Source of the DNA: the human T2T-CHM13v2.0 reference genome, Homo sapiens | Assembly: GCF_009914755.1 (NCBI RefSeq) | Contig: NC_060936.1 | DNA length: 64,000 bases | Strand: one strand, 5' to 3' | In this document: positions 36,330 through 54,048 of the stretch, one piece after another | Layout: each line of letters begins with the position of its first letter | How positions within the stretch are numbered: the stretch's first letter is position 1 | Notes under the pieces: generated by a model | The model's input: only the letters and a program-made list of their open reading frames with translations | Database searches by the model: none | Told to the model about the DNA's origin: nothing | Position numbers and translations under genes: made by a program

Positions 36330-37400
36330 GCTTGCAAATCAAGGGGGATGGGCAAACAGTTTAGCAGATAATTCTGGGAAAACTTGTTTGCTATGTGTGT
36401 AGCTATAAAACTGGATCCCTACCTAACACTGGATGACAAAGACAGACTTGAAACATATTGAAGACCTAAATGTATGTGGTACAGCCGTAAAATTTATATG
36501 GTACATATAGGAAAATACCTCTGTGACCTAGAGGTGGGTGAGGGTTTCTTAAACCATGGTCTCAAGCACAAACCAAAAGGCAAAGCACTGATGTGCCAGT
36601 TGCCCCAGAAGTTCTGATTCACGAAGACCATCATGGAAAAAGTTTAATAGAGAGATGACCATGTGGGAAGGGACTGTTCTGTGTCTGAAACTGATAAGGA
36701 ATTTAGACCCAGGTGACTTCAAGGAACTCTGGCGAATCAACAAGAAGACAGGAACCACAAAAGAAAATGGGCAAAGGACATTGAACTGCTTATTCACCAA
36801 AGATAAAACCCAAAAGTCAACCAGGATAGGAGAGCTGTACAAACTTGCGAGTCATTAAGAAAGGCAAATTAAAATAATGAGAGATTGCTTTACAGCCATC
36901 AGATTTGCACACATCAGAAAGCTGGTTAATGCCAAATGATGAGCTAGGCGAGGGGACCGTCAGGCCCTGCTGGTTGGAGAGGAGACTGTTTGCTGCTCAG
37001 TGTTTAGACCTCAAGCACTGTGTAGCCCATGACCCAGCAATACGGCTCTTGGCTCTCAACCCCAGAGAAATTCTGTGTATCCCCAAGGTAACGTGCACGA
37101 AGACACCCGTTATGGCACCGTGTGCAGTGTGGGGAAATTGAACTCCATCCTGATGACCCTCACTGGGGAATAGATGAGTAGGCTGCGGCAGATGCAAGAT
37201 GATGGAGCGGTACTTGGGGAGTACTCATGACATGGGTAGAGGCGAGTGGAAAGAAAAAGAGACCGAGCCCCCTATAACCGCTTCTGTGTACTAAAAATGT
37301 ATGCCCATGAAACCATGGTACATGTTTTACGAGCAGAATAGCACACATGCACCGCATGAGAGGGGCCGTCTATGGAGAGGGAAATAGGAAGTGAATGGAA
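36330..37400 (+). mobile_element. Old L1 (L1ME-like) ORF2/3' fragment
   Basis: Degenerate L1 motifs (aaaatgggcaaaggaca, catgacccagcaat; HDPAIRLL in the ORF track). Confidence 0.65.
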
Positions 37401-38319
37401 ATAAAGAGGTGTTGAAGAGAAAGAGCACTGACCCAGGCAGGCTTTCCTACAAGCAGTGGTTACAAGCCCAGCCCCTGCAGCAGGGTAACTTAGCCCCCAG
37501 TACCTCTGTTTTCTTAGCATAAAATAGAGATAATAATTGTGCTCACCTCCCAGAGTTGCTGTGAGGATCAAGTTAACACACACATGAAGTGCTTAGAATA
37601 GTGTGGCTGGCACAAAGGGGGTGCTAGGTGTATAAGGGTGTTCACAGTGCTTATATTAGTGAAAAATGAAAAATAATTGAAATATCCAACTGTGGGAGAC
37701 AGTTTATCCAAATGATTGGAAAGATCTAATTGTTCTTCTGTCCTTCTTCCCTTTGTCTTTTTGGTAGTACAACCTCCCCCCGCCCCCCCCCCAACCTCTA
37801 CACATACATAGATTTTAGCAATGTGCTTGGGCACCTAGCTATGTACTGAATTTCCCAGCCTCCATGATACTAAGTTGCTCTGTGGTTAAGCTCTGGGATA
37901 GAATGGATGTGAAAGTGTTATGTTCCGTGTAAGAAAAACACTTGCTCTCCACTTTCTCTTTCCCCTGCATCTGTGAATGACCTGACACCCACTGGAGGGC
38001 TGGAGGCCAGCCATGAGCAAGCAGATGAGTCAAGAAGCAAGCAGATGCTGAGCAACAAGTTGGAAGGAACCAGGGCCCTGATGACCCACACCCTGTAGCA
38101 TCCTCCACCCCCACCTCCATCTGCTGGGTGGGAAAGAACAAACGTCTTACGTAGACTACTCTTTGAAGACACTGAATTTTGGGTCTCTGACATAGCTGCT
38201 TAGTCTGTACTCCAACTAATATAGCCATTTAAATCTTGTTTTTCAGAAAGTAGTTAATGATATGAGAAAAAAGCTTATAGTGTATACCTCAGTGGAAAAA
38301 AATTGGTATATAAAAACTA

Positions 38320-38625
38320 GATTTTTTTAGGGCAGCGAAACTACTCTGTGTGATACTCCAATGGGGGATCCATGTCATTACACATTTGCGCAAACGCATA
38401 GAATGTGCAGCACCAGGAGTGGCCCCTAATGTAAACTCTGGACTTTGGGTGATAGTGATGTATCAGTGTAGGTTTGTCAATTGTAACAAATAGACCACTT
38501 TGATAGGTGAAGTTGATAGTGGGGGAGGCTGTGCATGTATGTGGGCAGGGAGTATATAGAAGTCTCCGTACCTTCTGCTCAGTATTGCTGTGGTCTTAAA
38601 ACTTCTCTAAAAAAGAAAGTCTATT
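38320..38625 (+). mobile_element. L1MC/MD-like 3' end
   Basis: aaactactctgtgtgatact...cctaatgtaaactctggactttgggtgata. Confidence 0.7.
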
Positions 38626-39116
38626 TTAAAAACTACATAGGTGTCTACCAAATGTATAAGACTCACATTTTTTCTGTGGTGTGGCCTCAGCCTTCTCAAG
38701 GCTTGCTGAGAAGCAAGGCACACATTTATTTGAAGGTAGTGCCTGGAACTTGGAGCTTTTATCTCCCAGTGAACATCTCTCTGCCAGATGCTCGGGTAGG
38801 TTTCTCCAAAGTTCAACTGGGTAGGAGAGTCACATGATCCTTCCAACCAATGAATGAGCAGGAATCCAGTGGCTTTAGGAAAATCAAACCTGTTATTATG
38901 TAAGTGACGATCAGTGGTATATACAGTGACTATTTGTGGCAGTTGCATGCATTTCTGAGTGTGTTTTTATTTTGCCCTTTTGAAATTAATCTCAGAATTG
39001 TTCTGTGCCATGGTAAAGTTGTCTCATCATTTTGGAATTCAACACAGCTCCTAAAGCTGTTGATAAGAATTGTACGTGCTTCTGAGTTATGTGGGCTGAT
39101 TTCGACGGTCTGCTTA

Positions 39117-39553
39117 TGAGGTAGGAGGTGGGACTCTATTCTAGAGGCAGGGCTCAAACTCCAGACCAGATTGGAGACTGGCTGAAACAGGGGAGGGGCA
39201 AAAGCACCTCTCCATATGACACACCCACCAGTGCCATGCCAGTTTACCATTGCCATGGCAACACCTGGAAGTTACCATTCCTTTTCTAGAAATTTCTGAA
39301 TAACCTGCCTCTTAATTTGCATGTAATAAAAAGTGGGTATAAATATGACTGCAGAACGACCTCTGAGCTTCTACTCTGAGCACACTGCCTGTGGGGTAGC
39401 CTGCTCTGTGGGAGCAGACATGGAGCTGTAACATTGCTGCCTCAGTAAAGCTGTTTTCTTCTACCACTGGCTTGCTCTTGAATTCTTTCCTGAGTGAAGC
39501 CAAGAACCTTCCTGGGCTAAGCCCCAATTTCAGGGCTTGCCTGTCCTGCCTCA
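39117..39553 (+). mobile_element. ERV1/MER4-group solo LTR (MER66-like)
   Basis: TG...CA ends with inverted termini TGAGGTAGGA/TCCTGCCTCA; internal TATAAA (39338) and AGTAAA poly(A)-like motif. Confidence 0.7.
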
Positions 39554-41522
39554 CACACTCTCCTGAAATCTGAATTTAGTTATAGAGAGTGATATGTGAC
39601 TCTCTGTAAACTTTGTTCATTAGATTCATGAGGTGTTGTATCTGAGAACGATATCATTAATTGTATTTATAATGAAATTCATTCATGCATAAGTGTTCAT
39701 GTTTTATGCATAACTATTAAATGCTGCTGCTGGAGAGATCAGTGCTGTGCTGAGACAGGGAGTTTTGAGTCACTGCTTTGTTTCTGCAGCTTCTCCTCTC
39801 CTTTACTGAGGCTCACACCCTGGGCTCACAGGCACACACGTATGTGTGTTGTACACACCTGCACCCACGCCCCCCATGCAGCATGGGGAGGGACGGCATC
39901 CAGGTGATACGTTCTTTCTGGATGCAAATACACATCAGTTATGACCTGACCTGAACCGCCATTCCCTTGGATGTAGCAATAGAGACAGAGAGGCCCCAAA
40001 CGCTTCTGAGCCTTTTTGGTCAGGGTCTCTGCCTCCAACTGGGTCTTTCTGTCCTTCCTAGGTGAAGAAGGGAAATTGTCAGGGGCTGCTCTTAAGCAGG
40101 GGGCCTGGATCTAAACGGAAGACCTTCCAACCTCTCCCACTGCGGAGAGCAGAACTGGGAGCAGATGCCCGTGGGCTTCGCAGCTCTTGGTCTGTGTCAT
40201 CACGTGCCTCGGTCATACATTTTGTCATCACTGTATTTACTAACACTGCACATCAAAGCGATTCCTACTTCTTTTAAATGGAAACACATTTATTTTAAAA
40301 GACACCCATAGATTGAAACCATAAATGGAAACCAGTCTGATTTGCCATACAGACTAATTTTTAAAATAAATGCAAAAACACCTATTTCTGTAGCTTGCAT
40401 ACGCATAAGGTATTTCTGGAAGGACATAGAAGAGGTGCATAGTGATTACCTGTGGGGAGAAGAACCCACGGCTAGGGGCAGGGGTGGGGCCCACTTTTAA
40501 GGAACATTCCTGTGTATTTCCATTTATACTTTTTTTGGCTTTTGGAATTCAATCAAAACAAAGAATTTGGGGAAGAAAAGATGTGAAAACAAAACATTGG
40601 CATTAGATTCTGGCCAGACGCTGTTGCCAGCTGAAGTTGCTAAACCTGAGGCTTCTCTCTGCTGCGGAGCATTCGTCAGCAGAGGGAGATGGTAAAGGGG
40701 CTTTCGCATCCAGTTGAGGTAACAGAAAAGCTGACAGCTCGTGAGGGACTCTTTCCCACCCTGCGATGGTGCTATTCATGCCGTCTCAGTTTCCATCTTC
40801 AGTTGCCCTCTCTCCCAGGTCTCCGACTCAGGGTTTCCCCCACGAGGCCACCATTGCTCCAGGAACAGAAGTTGGAACTGAAAGCAGTCTTAGAGGCCTC
40901 CAGCCAAATATTCCTCACCTGGTTCGCTCACTCCCAAAGGGGTCCCCTGTGAAGCCTCTGAAACCTTATGCAAAATCCTGTGCTCAAGTATATTTTCCAG
41001 GGAGATGGTGGCTGATCTCTATCAGAGCTCCAAAGAGGGCCATGATGCCTAAAAGTCCCTATGGGATTCAGAAAGGAGTGACATCTCCAAGGATGCCTGG
41101 CTCGTGGTATCGCTCAGCATATTGTTTCTAGATGCACTTGTGCATTCATGATGAGGAGGAGGATGGATCTTGGAGCTGGAGGAAAGATGCCACAAGGACC
41201 CATTCTGTCCAGCACAAAAGGAGAAGCCTTCCCAGCCTTAATGTCCAAAGGGAGGCATAGAGGCTCAGGGAAGCTAAGTGACTTCAAGGATGCTAAGGCT
41301 CCAGTATTTATACAGTGATCAAATATCACACTTGTACAAAGCAATCTCAGGTGGAAAGACCCACTCCTGACCATGGGGATGTGGGACTTTCTGGCATTGC
41401 TAACTGCTCGGGGACAGCCAAGATGGCAATAGTGGCTCATGTTCCAGGGCCCCTGTTTCATTGAGGGTGTTTGGATTGTGCTCTTGCCCAAGTGTTCAGA
41501 TGACTTAAAGATTAGAATGTGC

Positions 41523-43193
<1,671 letters not shown>

Positions 43194-43905
43194 TCTGTCA
43201 AGTATTAAGAACTTAGACTGTCAAAGCTGTTTCTAAAGCTATACACAAAACCCCCCATGGAATTCTAAAAGGACCCACACCTATGGTATTGGGTTGAGTG
43301 TACAATAATTAGGTGATTTTTGGTAGGTTAACAGAGGCTACTAGCTGTCAGAGGTAGTGAGGTAAGTTACTCCCCTACCTTGCTACTTGGTTAAAATGTC
43401 ACTACTCAATTGACACATACCAGCAAGAAGGCCCAAAGCAGTCATTCAACCTGTTTGATAAACCCAGAGGAGGCCCAATTCTTTGCCCTATTAGGTGCTC
43501 CACCTGGACCTTGGATAAAGGGCTCACCGAGGCAAATGTCCCCACATCTTCTGAACCGGCAGCTGGACTCAGGCCCTTTCATGAACCGGATATATGGCAC
43601 AAGCCTTAACACCAGATCTATACCGTGTTCCCACAGGGATGGGGACTGGCTCTAGAATATTTTAGCTTATCCGCATACCTGAAAATCACAAATTTTACTA
43701 AAGAGAGCCCATTTTTAGATTCCATTCTAGTCATTAAAAAGGCACTAGTTTATCAACAAAACCCACTTCTAACATTTATTCTTGCTAAACAGCAAAATCT
43801 CCAGTGTAGATCAGAGAGGAAGACAGCTGAAGCACGCAGCCACCCCTCTAGGGTGTGGACCTTGATGAAATGTATGCTCCTGGTTAGGACAGCTGACCAC
43901 CCTGA

Positions 43906-44885
<980 letters not shown>

Positions 44886-45285
44886 CTATGTGGGAAGATT
44901 CTAAAGTGCATTCCAGAGGACAGGGCTCCTGGCTGGTCTGCGTCTTGTCTAGAGGCAGCCTGGGAATCCGGATGAAGACGAGTGGGCAGGGCCTGCAGAG
45001 AATCCAAGTGCATGAGGGCTTGGGCGAAAGCAGCGTCCGGGAAGGGAGGCCAGGCGGAGCATTGCAGCATCTTCCAGCCCTACAGGCATGCGTTCCAGGG
45101 ATTGTGAACCTAAGCCAGGGACATAGTCATGAAGAGCTATTCCCTGCATCCACTGTGGCTTCACCCCAGGAGGGCACCGAAGGAGTAACACTGGTGCTCA
45201 GCAGGCTCTCCCCATGTCACAGAGGATTTGGTGATCAAAGCCAGTGTCCCTCAGAATTTTTCTTCACAGTGCTGATCATGGTGGG

Positions 45286-45938
45286 TGTGATGGTTAATTT
45301 TAGGTGTCAGCCTGACTGGGCTCAGGGATGCCGAGGTAGCTGATAAAACATGATGCCTGGGTGTGTCTGTGAGGGTGTTTCTGGAGGAGATTAGCATTTT
45401 TTCTTTTTTCATCTCTTAAATTCCTTTACCAAGACATTAGCATTTGAATTAATCTGGGTGAAGATCCACCCTCACCAATGCAGGAGGCACCATCCCATCT
45501 GTTGAGGGCCTGAATAGAAGAAAAAGGTGGAGGAAGGGCGAATTTGTTCTCTCTTTGGGGCCTGGGATATCCATCATCTTGTCCTACCTTGGACATTGGA
45601 GCTCCTGATTCGTAGAACTTCAGGCTCTGGACTTACACCAGTGACCTCCCCTGCCCACTTGCCATGGGCTTCCCTGGTTCTGAAGCTCTCAGACTTGGCC
45701 TGAATTACACCACCAGCTTTCCTGGCTCTCCAGCTGGCAGGTGGAAGATGGTGGGACGTCTCAGCTTCCATAACCATCTGAGCCAATTCCCATAGTAAAT
45801 CTCCTATCTATCATCTATCTATCTATCTATCTATCATCTATCTGCCTATCTGTCTATCTATCTATCATCATCTATCTATCTATTTACCTGTCATCTATCA
45901 TCTATCTCCTGTTTCTCTGGGGAACCCTGCCTAATACA
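45286..45938 (+). mobile_element. MLT2-like solo LTR containing a (TCTA)n repeat
   Basis: TG...CA ends; 5-bp TSD GTGGG at 45281 and 45939. Confidence 0.85.
45804..45907 (+). repeat. Compound (TCTA/TCA)n tetranucleotide STR
   Basis: Visible directly. Confidence 0.9.
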
Positions 45939-47682
45939 GTGGGATTATTTGAGTAACAACTTTCTCCTCAACCTGGCTGGACGATCCAAAATGATCAGGG
46001 CCACGTCTGTTGGACAGTGAGAGCATTTAGGGGAGCATGCAGCCCGGAGTCCAGGTTGAATCCTGGATCTGCCACTTACTAGCTGTGTGACCTTGAAAAA
46101 AAAGACTGAGCTTCACTGTGCCCCGAATCCTCCATAAAATGAAAATAATAGTAGCATCTGCTTTAGAGAGTGGGTATGTAGATTAGATGAGATCATACTT
46201 ACAAAGCACTTAGCACAGTGCTTGGCCATACTAAGAACTTGAAAATGCTAATTGTTATTATTATTATTTACCTCTATGCATATCTCAAGGTCCAAAACAA
46301 AAGCTAAGTCAGAAAAGGAGGAAAAAATGCCAGATGCCAGGAGAACATGCCAGCTTCTGGAGTGAGATGCGGAGATTGGGGGATTAGCAGGAAGAAGAAA
46401 GAGCCACTGAAACCACCCAGTTATCCCTGCATTTATTTATCCAAAGACCATCACTGAAGGTCTTCTACTTCCAAGCCCCACCTGGGCTTCCAGCCTAATA
46501 GGAGAAACAAACCTTAAACAAACAATGGTGCATAAATCATGATTTCATTACAATTGCGATGAGTGAGGCAACATACGGTACAGAGGACTTAAGAATATTT
46601 TAACAGGAAAATCACCATAGCCCAGGGCTGGAGGTTGGGAACTGGGGAACTGGGGATAAGAATCCAGAAAACCACCCTGCCCAGCATGCAGAAGGGAGTT
46701 AATGGAGAAGTCTTGCTGGGTCGGCCTGTAAGGGATGAGTCCACACAAGCATTTACACAGGCAGAAGGAGGGCAAGGTCATTACATCCCTTTTGGACACA
46801 GTAAATGTCCAGTTGTCCTTTTCCCTGCCACTGTATAGTAAGATGGTGGTCAGGACCTGGGGGTGCCAATGACTGATCTCAACCATACCTCTAAGCTGAG
46901 AAGGGAAAGGTCACTGATTATTACTTAAGCCAGACTTAAAGAACAGTCCCAAAGCTTCTGACAGCCAAGACAATGTCCTCTTCGCTTTCAATGACAAAGG
47001 CCCAACTGAGTAACATATGAACATTGAGGGAGCCAACTGCACACAGACACTTGGACCACTGACCCAGGGAAACTCCTTAACTGCTTGAATGAAGTACCAG
47101 TCATTCATGGTCAATAGATTCTTCTGCTGCATGGAATTTCTGCTGGGCTGGTGGAGGCAGCTGAGAAATAATGGGGAGAGGCCAGGACAAAGCATGGAAA
47201 AACTTCAGTTACGTTTTGTTGGTTAACAATGGGACCTTCAACAAGACACTCATTGGCTTGGGTCTCACTTTCTTCATCTGAATAATGGAGATAATAACAC
47301 CTAAGTAGGCACGTTCCTGGCTTTAAGTAACAAACACCCACTAACAGGGGCTTAAACAAATATATGTTCATTTTTCTGACATAAGGAGTCGCAGCCAGTT
47401 GGGTGTGGACATTGGAGAAGCAACTCAGTAATGTCAGAGGTTTTGGATCTGCTTCTTTGCAATTTTCTCATTCTTTCCCTCATGGTCACAAAATGGCTGC
47501 TGTAGTTCCAGCCATCAAGTCTGTATTTAGTAAGGCAGTAAGAAGAGGGGGTGAAAGATAGGACTGCCTCTCTACCCTTTACACAGCCATCCTGGTGTTG
47601 CCTGACACACTTTTGCTTTTAACTCATTGGCCAGATCTCTGTCCTGGGCCATCCCTAGCTGCAAGGGAAGCTGACAAAGTGA

Positions 47683-48670
<988 letters not shown>

Positions 48671-49620
48671 TAAAAATCTCACCTCTTTCAATCCTCGTTC
48701 TGTTCATTGTTTGCTCCAAGTTCGAGGGGCCTGTCAGTTCTTCCTGCAAATAAAATCAGTGAACAACCCTGTAGGTACACTTCAAGGTATACAGGGGAGC
48801 AGAGAATGCCGCCTGGGTAGGGGCGAGTGTTACTTCAGCGGCAGGGAAAGCCTCTGTCAATATTTGCGAGGAAGAGACGTCTCCAGAAGTAAGAAAGGCC
48901 ACATTATGGAAATGGCATGTTTTATGCAGGGAGACACTTGAGAATCAGGGAGAGTCAATAAAGGGGCTAAGAAGGGTCAAGAACTTGGGTTTGAGAATAA
49001 GGCGAGTCTACTAGTTGAGAAGGAGAATAAGGCTTCGGTAAGCCAGCCCCACCTGCCACCTTGCCACCCCTTTTTAGGAAATAAGGGACAGTTGCCAGGG
49101 GCTGTTTTGTGACATAATCTAGAGGTATTTATGCCAAAAGGACTGACGGAAATACCACCACTGCCAACCACGACAGCATCCTGGTTCCCTAAACGGATGG
49201 GCTTCTTTGTTTTCCTTTGTCACAAGGAATTAGAGGAATGTGGCTACACCCGCAGCTTCTAACACCAGCTAGCCTGGGTTCACATCCTGGATGAATCACT
49301 TACTGTGTAACCTCAGGCATATTGTTTAACCTCTCTGTGCCTCAGCATCCTCAGCTGGAAAATGGGGGTGGCAATAGCAGCACCTCCCTTGTGTGGTTGT
49401 CAGGACAAAATAAGTTAACTCAGGGAAGTAAGGAAAGTTAATTAGTAAATAAGTTAACTCTGGGTAAGTAAGGTATCGAGGACAGGGGCTGGCCTCTAGA
49501 ACGTGCTGTGTTAGTGTTGGTGATTCTTACGTGTGAACCAGCAGCAGATGGAAGGTCTGGCCGTTGAGGGATGCTACTTTTTTCCTGACGATGACTATGA
49601 ACGTCTTGTGTGGTCTAAGA

Positions 49621-50023
49621 CAGCAGTCCTCAACCTTTTTGGCATCAGGGACCGGTTTCATGGAGGACGATTTTTTCCACGGTCGGGGGGTGAGGGGGGT
49701 CAGGATGGTTTTGGGATGAAACTGTTCCACCTCAGATCATCAGACATTAGTTGGATTCTCATAAGCAGTACACAACTTAGATCCCTCGCATGCCCAGTTC
49801 ACGATAAGGTTCATGGTCCCATGAGAATCTAATGCCACCACTGATCTGACAGGAGGCGGGGCTCAGACGATGATGCCAGGGATAAGGGGCGGCTGTAAAT
49901 ACAGATGAAGCTTCGCTCACTTGCCCGCAGTGACTCGCCCCACTTCCTGCTGTGGGGCCCAGTTCCTAACAGGCCACAGAGCGGATGAGTACCGGTCCAC
50001 AGCCCAGAGGCTGGGGACCCCTT
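49621..50023 (+). mobile_element. MER1-like (hAT-Charlie) DNA transposon
   Basis: cagcagtcctcaaccttttt...ggggacccct termini; 8-bp TSD GTCTAAGA/GTCTCAGA. Confidence 0.85.
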
Positions 50024-50699
50024 GTCTCAGAGACATCTTGAGAACCTCTTTATTTCCTCTTTGTTAATGCAAGAAGTGGTTTTGAAAGCAATTCATGCAT
50101 TTTCAGGAAAGAAGGCAAAAGAGACTAGGGAAGGGGGTGGGGAAGGCTTACCAGGTGCTGTATACACGACAAAGCAGAAAGGCTGGGAACTACAACTCTG
50201 GAGTCAGACACATTTTGGGTTGAACTCAGTCACTGCCCATTAGCATAGTGATCCTGGAGAAGTCATCTACCCTCATGTGTGAAGGAGAAACAATGAATGC
50301 TCCTGGACCCTAGAGCTGCTCAGAGGATCCAATAGAGCAAAGATGTCAAAAGGCCAGCGCCATGCCTGGCACAGAGGAAGGATTCAATCAGTTAATTCAG
50401 CCATGCTGAAGCCACCATGATGTGACAGAAAATCAGCTTGCAGCTGGGGGAGCGGGATTTGCCTCCTGATCATCTGCCCCGGAATCCACCACCTTCCTGA
50501 ATGGCAGTCCCAGCAGCGCCAGGGTGGAAGCAGATGCTGGCTGAGGAGAGAATCCTGCCCTTCCCCGTCCAGCCACTTCCAGCCGTCTCCCAGCCCCTGG
50601 GTGCTGCACGGGCAGTACCAAGACTTCCCTGGCCCGGAAGGACCTCTGACAAGGCCCTGGAAGCCCAGCAGGGCCAGGCTGGGCTTTGAGAGGAGATGA

Positions 50700-51384
<685 letters not shown>

Positions 51385-54048
51385 CATCCCCAGCCTACCT
51401 CTTGTAAACATGAGCTGCCACTTTGCTGTCCATCCCTGGGACCCTGGCAGGCTCCATGAGTAGGCAAGAGAGGGGTGTGGTTCACCAGCCCCACCTCCAA
51501 CAATGTCGGGAAACTCTGTGTTCCATCTCCTCCTGAAGCTGGCAGCCCTCAGTGTATACTTTCTCAGCTGCAAATGCTACCATTTTAAACTCAGAGGATT
51601 TTAAAAAATATATTTGAGCCTCACACAGGAAGACCCAAAAATTATTAAAATATAGAACATTTAGACTGTGGGGCAGAGACTGCATCTGTTCTGTTCACTT
51701 ACCCCTAGGTCCTAACATACATAGTAGGTACCCAATAAACATAAGCTTAGCAAATGACTGAAAATTAATTTAAGCAGCTCATATGTGAAAAGAGCATATA
51801 CACAAAGATGTTCATTGCAGCATTGTTTATAATGGTAGAAAATTATTTTGTACAATCTGGTTAAGAAATCTGTGGTATATGAATGCAATGAAATGGCATG
51901 CTATTATTAGAATTAACAAGAGGACTATCAAACCAGGAGAACAGGTTTACGGGATGTTGCTAAATGAAATTTAATAATACTGTGATTTAAAGAATGTAAA
52001 CGTGTATATCTACATAGATGAAGATTGAAAGGCCCATTTAGAGATAAAGTCATTGCTGTGTAAAATTAGCAGCAATTAAGAAACACCTTTGGTAATGTTT
52101 TACAGTGGATTCTAGAATATGTTTTAAACTCTTTTAAAGAAACCCCTGCAGTATTTTCTAAACAGATGAGATGGTGGTTTGCTATTTTCCAGAGTCCATT
52201 GAGTGAGCTGTGAAAGGCCCCATTGGATAGGGGGCTTCTGGAAATTTCCATCTCCCCACCTCCTGGTGGATAGCAACTCAGAGCTGGCAAAATTATTCTT
52301 GGCAAAGGCAATCTCATGTCAGAAAGAGTTCTCAGTGCAAAGAGCCTTTAGCAACAGAGGTGCTAGAATCTGTGTCGGTGAAGCTTTGCAAACAGCAGGG
52401 ATTCCACAGAGGCCTTTTCAGGCCTTTATTTCCCACTCTGTACCTTCTCCTCCTTCTTTTTTTTTTTTTTCCCAAGTTTTGTAAACATCCCAGGGATGAT
52501 TTTTGTACTCCCCCAGGTCTGTGGGAGTCGGATGAGATGGAAAGAGGCCTCGCATTGTCCCTGCAGACCTGTATCCCTTCCGGCCACCCCTGCTGCCCTC
52601 ACACTCCCCTCCCACCACAGCACCCACCTGTGGTCTGACAGAGGACACCACACCTTTGCCCATTCTCACACCCCCTCCCGCTGGACAGCCCCTGTCCTTA
52701 ATGAAGCAGCTTGATGTTTTGTGGGACCTGCTGGTGTCCTGCCCAGGGAGGGGTGTGAGGGGTGGTGGGCTGGCCTGCTCCTGGAACTGTAGCATCAAAC
52801 TGTTCAGGCTTTCATTTGCAACAGCCACACACTGGGACACCAAAATAGGTCCCGGCGGAGGTGTGGGTGGGGCTGGCCTGGGCTTGGCCCCACCCAAGTA
52901 GGGCGCCAGGGAGACAGAGTGCCCCAGCACCACCAAGGTGGGCAGAAGCCATGTGGGGCCACTGAGAGAAATTCCACTGAGGTTCCTGTTGGGCCTTCCT
53001 TCCACCCAAAGTTTTGGACCTTCTGCTTGAGTGAATTATAGTGGGAATTCTGGGCTTTGGCTTTGGGGGCTGCCAGATGAGAAGGGTCTTAGTGTTCAAC
53101 TGGTCCCACCTGGCACTGCGGGAAAAGCAGAAGCTGTCACCTCCCAGCTCTGCCATTTACTAGCGCAAGTTGTTGAAGGCCATCGATTCAACGCCATTTA
53201 GGTGTGTGCTAAGCGTTACATACACCTTATCCTTTGTCATCTCCACAGCTCTGGCATGGGTGTACTCTTCAGAGATGACAAAACTGAGGCCCAGAAAGGG
53301 TGAGTCACTGGCCCAGGGTCACCCAGCTTATCGTAGGTGAAGCTAGGATTTAAACCCAGATCTAATTTTCCTCCCAAGCAGGTGACTTAATCTTTCTCCT
53401 GAGCTACCTTCTCGTGTCTTCCCGAAGCCAATTTCCCTTGCAAAGCAGCAGAGCAACTTGACATTGGTGCACATGTTCCCCTCCAGAAATCCCGCCTGCA
53501 AAAACTCTGAAAATGGAAAGTTTATTCATGGGAAAACTTGCCCTGAGCTGCCACAAGGCTCATTGTGGTCTTGATTTATCTCACTTATTGTGGACGTTCA
53601 CATGATTTCCTGAAGAAATATGAATGAGTTAGACTGTGGATCTGTTAGACCTTGCTGGGAATCTGACAGGGTATACAGAAATCACATTGTGTTTCTCTAG
53701 GAAATCCTGAATTCTCAAACACATCAGGTCCCAAGGGATTCAGACAAGGGCTGTGGATCTGTATAAAATGGTCCACTAATGCTCACGGCAGGTGGGGGGC
53801 TGCTCATACATTCCTCATAGAAAATCTTTCTGTAAGGCAATAACTATCAGCAGTGGTTAGCATGCACCCGCTCTTTGACTCAGCAATTCCTCTTCTAGGA
53901 ATTTTTCCTAAGGATTTGAGGATAAGAATATTCATTACAGCAGAAATCTGGTACCGCCCTAAAATCTCAAAGCAGGGAAATAGTTAAGTAAAGGGTAATA
54001 TACCTTCCTTAGATGGAACATTATGTAACCATTAAAAAGGGTGCTTAA

